Assembly (NCBI GenBank): GCA_002269645.1
Contig: NIVC01000522.1
Span: 1-64,000, forward strand
From: Macrostomum lignano
Lineage: Eukaryota
DNA: 64,000 bases
Reading direction: 5' to 3'
The position numbers and the translations under genes are program-made. Position 1 is the stretch's first letter; each line of letters begins with the position of its first letter. Shown in pieces: positions 62,654 to 64,000 of this stretch. The notes under the pieces were generated by a model that saw only the letters and a list, made by a program, of their open reading frames with translations, made no database searches and was not told the origin of the DNA.

Positions 62654-63205
62654 TTAGTTGCCAGGGAAGCTGGGCAGGCCAAACAGCACCGGAGCCGCTC
62701 CGATGAGGCAGCGCAGCTTGCAGGCAGCTCTGGCCTCGTTGATCAGCTTCGGCAGCTCGCTGCCGCCGTCTTCAACGCCGCGCCAGACGCTCAGCAACCG
62801 ATTAAAGAACCTGTCAATATCCTTGTCGGTGACGTCCCACAGCACTGCCAGCACGGCCGGGCAGCCGCCCATGATGTAGCTGTGCACCGTGCCGATCGGC
62901 TCGAACCGGCCCTCCTGGTGCAGCCGGCCCGAGGAGCAGCCAATCAGAAACGCGGCGGCCCTGACGCTGGACTGCTGCACAGACTGGTTGGACAGGTACT
63001 TGGACCCGGAGCCGTGGCCGCAGTAAACGTACAGGTCGCGCTGTTTTAGAGCGGCCAGAAGCTCGGACTCTTCCGGGGGCCGGGAGGCGACGCCGTCCCA
63101 GCCAAGGTCGGCGAAGATTGGAGCGAAGGTGGCCTCGGTGGCTGGCAGGCTGCGGTCCGGGTTCAGCACGTAGTAGGAGCGCTGCAGAGAGAGCTGGCTG
63201 CGCAC
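62654..63205 (-). CDS. ESPL1: Separase (peptidase C50), terminal exon
   Basis: YYVLNPDRSLPATEATF...LYVYCGHGSG (catalytic His)...LIGCSSG (catalytic Cys)...LWDVTDKDIDRF...GAAPVLFGLP; acceptor TGTCAG at 63206. Confidence 0.93.
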   Translation of the reverse strand: MRSQLSLQRSYYVLNPDRSLPATEATFAPIFADLGWDGVASRPPEESELLAALKQRDLYVYCGHGSGSKYLSNQSVQQSSVRAAAFLIGCSSGRLHQEGRFEPIGTVHSYIMGGCPAVLAVLWDVTDKDIDRFFNRLLSVWRGVEDGGSELPKLINEARAACKLRCLIGAAPVLFGLPSFPGN

Positions 63206-63330
63206 CTGACAGGTAGGGGTTCTTGTTATACTGTTTCAGACTATAGGCTTTGTTTGGGCTTGGGGATGAGGATCTGGAGGGATCTGTGAAGCATCAGGGG
63301 AGTTGGGGATCTGGGGAGTTGAGGATCTGG

Positions 63331-63572
63331 GTTGGGGAACTTGGGAGTTAGGGATCTGTGACGGACCTGGAGACTTGGGAAGGACCCGGGGATCCGTGTT
63401 GGGGAACTTGGGAGTTAGGGATCTGTGACGGACCTGGAGATTTGGGAAGGACCCGGGGATCTGTGTTGGGGAACTTGGGAGTTAGGGATCTGTGACGGAC
63501 CTGGAGATTTGGGAGGGACCCGGGGATCCGTGTTGGGGAACTTGGGAGTTAGGGATCTGTGACGGACCTGGA
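63331..63572. repeat. 67-bp tandem repeat in the last separase intron
   Basis: gttggggaacttgggagttagggatctgtgacggacc... at 63331, 63398, 63465, 63532. Confidence 0.92.
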
Positions 63573-63645
63573 AAACCGGAAAGGATCTGTGAATGTGGAT
63601 CCGAGAGGGATCTAAGAAAATCAACAGCGCCAGAGCAGTGCTCAC

Positions 63646-64000
63646 CTGGGCCACAGAGCCCACCAGAGCAGACAGGCTGGGCATGCGGGAGAACCTCAGC
63701 GTGCCCGACAGCGCCGCCTCCCAGGGGAACTCGTGCAGCCGACGGTCCAGCAGCAGCACAGCCTCGCCTGCCGAGTCCAGGTCCAGCAGTTTGGCAGCCG
63801 GACTGGACAGCCAGCGGCGTCGCAGACTGCGCGCCAGCTCGGATGCGCTCTCGTCCAGCCGGTAGCGCCGGCGCCACCAAGCCTGAGGCTGGTCGCTAGT
63901 CCGCATGCTAGCTGAGTTCAGGCGCATCAGCGACTGCCATTCGTCGAGAAAGTCCAAGCCAAGGCCGCGGAGGCTGCAGATGGCGGGCTGGTCGGCGCCG
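63646..64000 (-). CDS. ESPL1: Separase penultimate exon (continues beyond the window)
   Basis: WWRRRYRLDESASEL...WL...VLLLDRRLHEFPWEAAL...FSRMPSL; donor CAG|GTGAGC, phase 0, in frame with the terminal exon. Confidence 0.88.

Overview
Eukaryotic (metazoan invertebrate) genomic DNA. GC-rich exons separated by minisatellite-filled introns are reminiscent of a free-living flatworm such as Macrostomum, but the species cannot be proven from this window. About 1-25 kb is a stack of nested, mostly decayed transposons whose boundaries can be read from target-site duplications (TSDs). A PIF/Harbinger transposase is split by a Ty3/Gypsy element (TSD ATGAC). That Gypsy carries a second Harbinger in its 3' LTR (TSD AAT), a Crypton-like tyrosine recombinase fragment, a second Gypsy (TSD GGTTC) and an orphan LTR. 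Further along are a piggyBac at TTAA, a truncated Gypsy gag/protease, a Harbinger Myb-like gene with 20 tandem CDK-consensus repeats, and a P-element/THAP9-type transposon (TSD CTTTGAGC) holding a mariner (TA TSD). About 25-32 kb is AT-rich and contains a ~140-bp hairpin. About 32-64 kb holds three host genes. (1) PRMT1: 4 coding exons, with an initiator tRNA-Met in intron 2. (2) A CNOT6/CCR4-type deadenylase that appears to lack the LRR domain; its last three exons are tandemly duplicated between two satellites. (3) The 3' end of separase on the minus strand. The CCR4-like locus is the most novel-looking item. No prokaryotic-type system such as CRISPR is present. All boundaries and alignments were done by eye.
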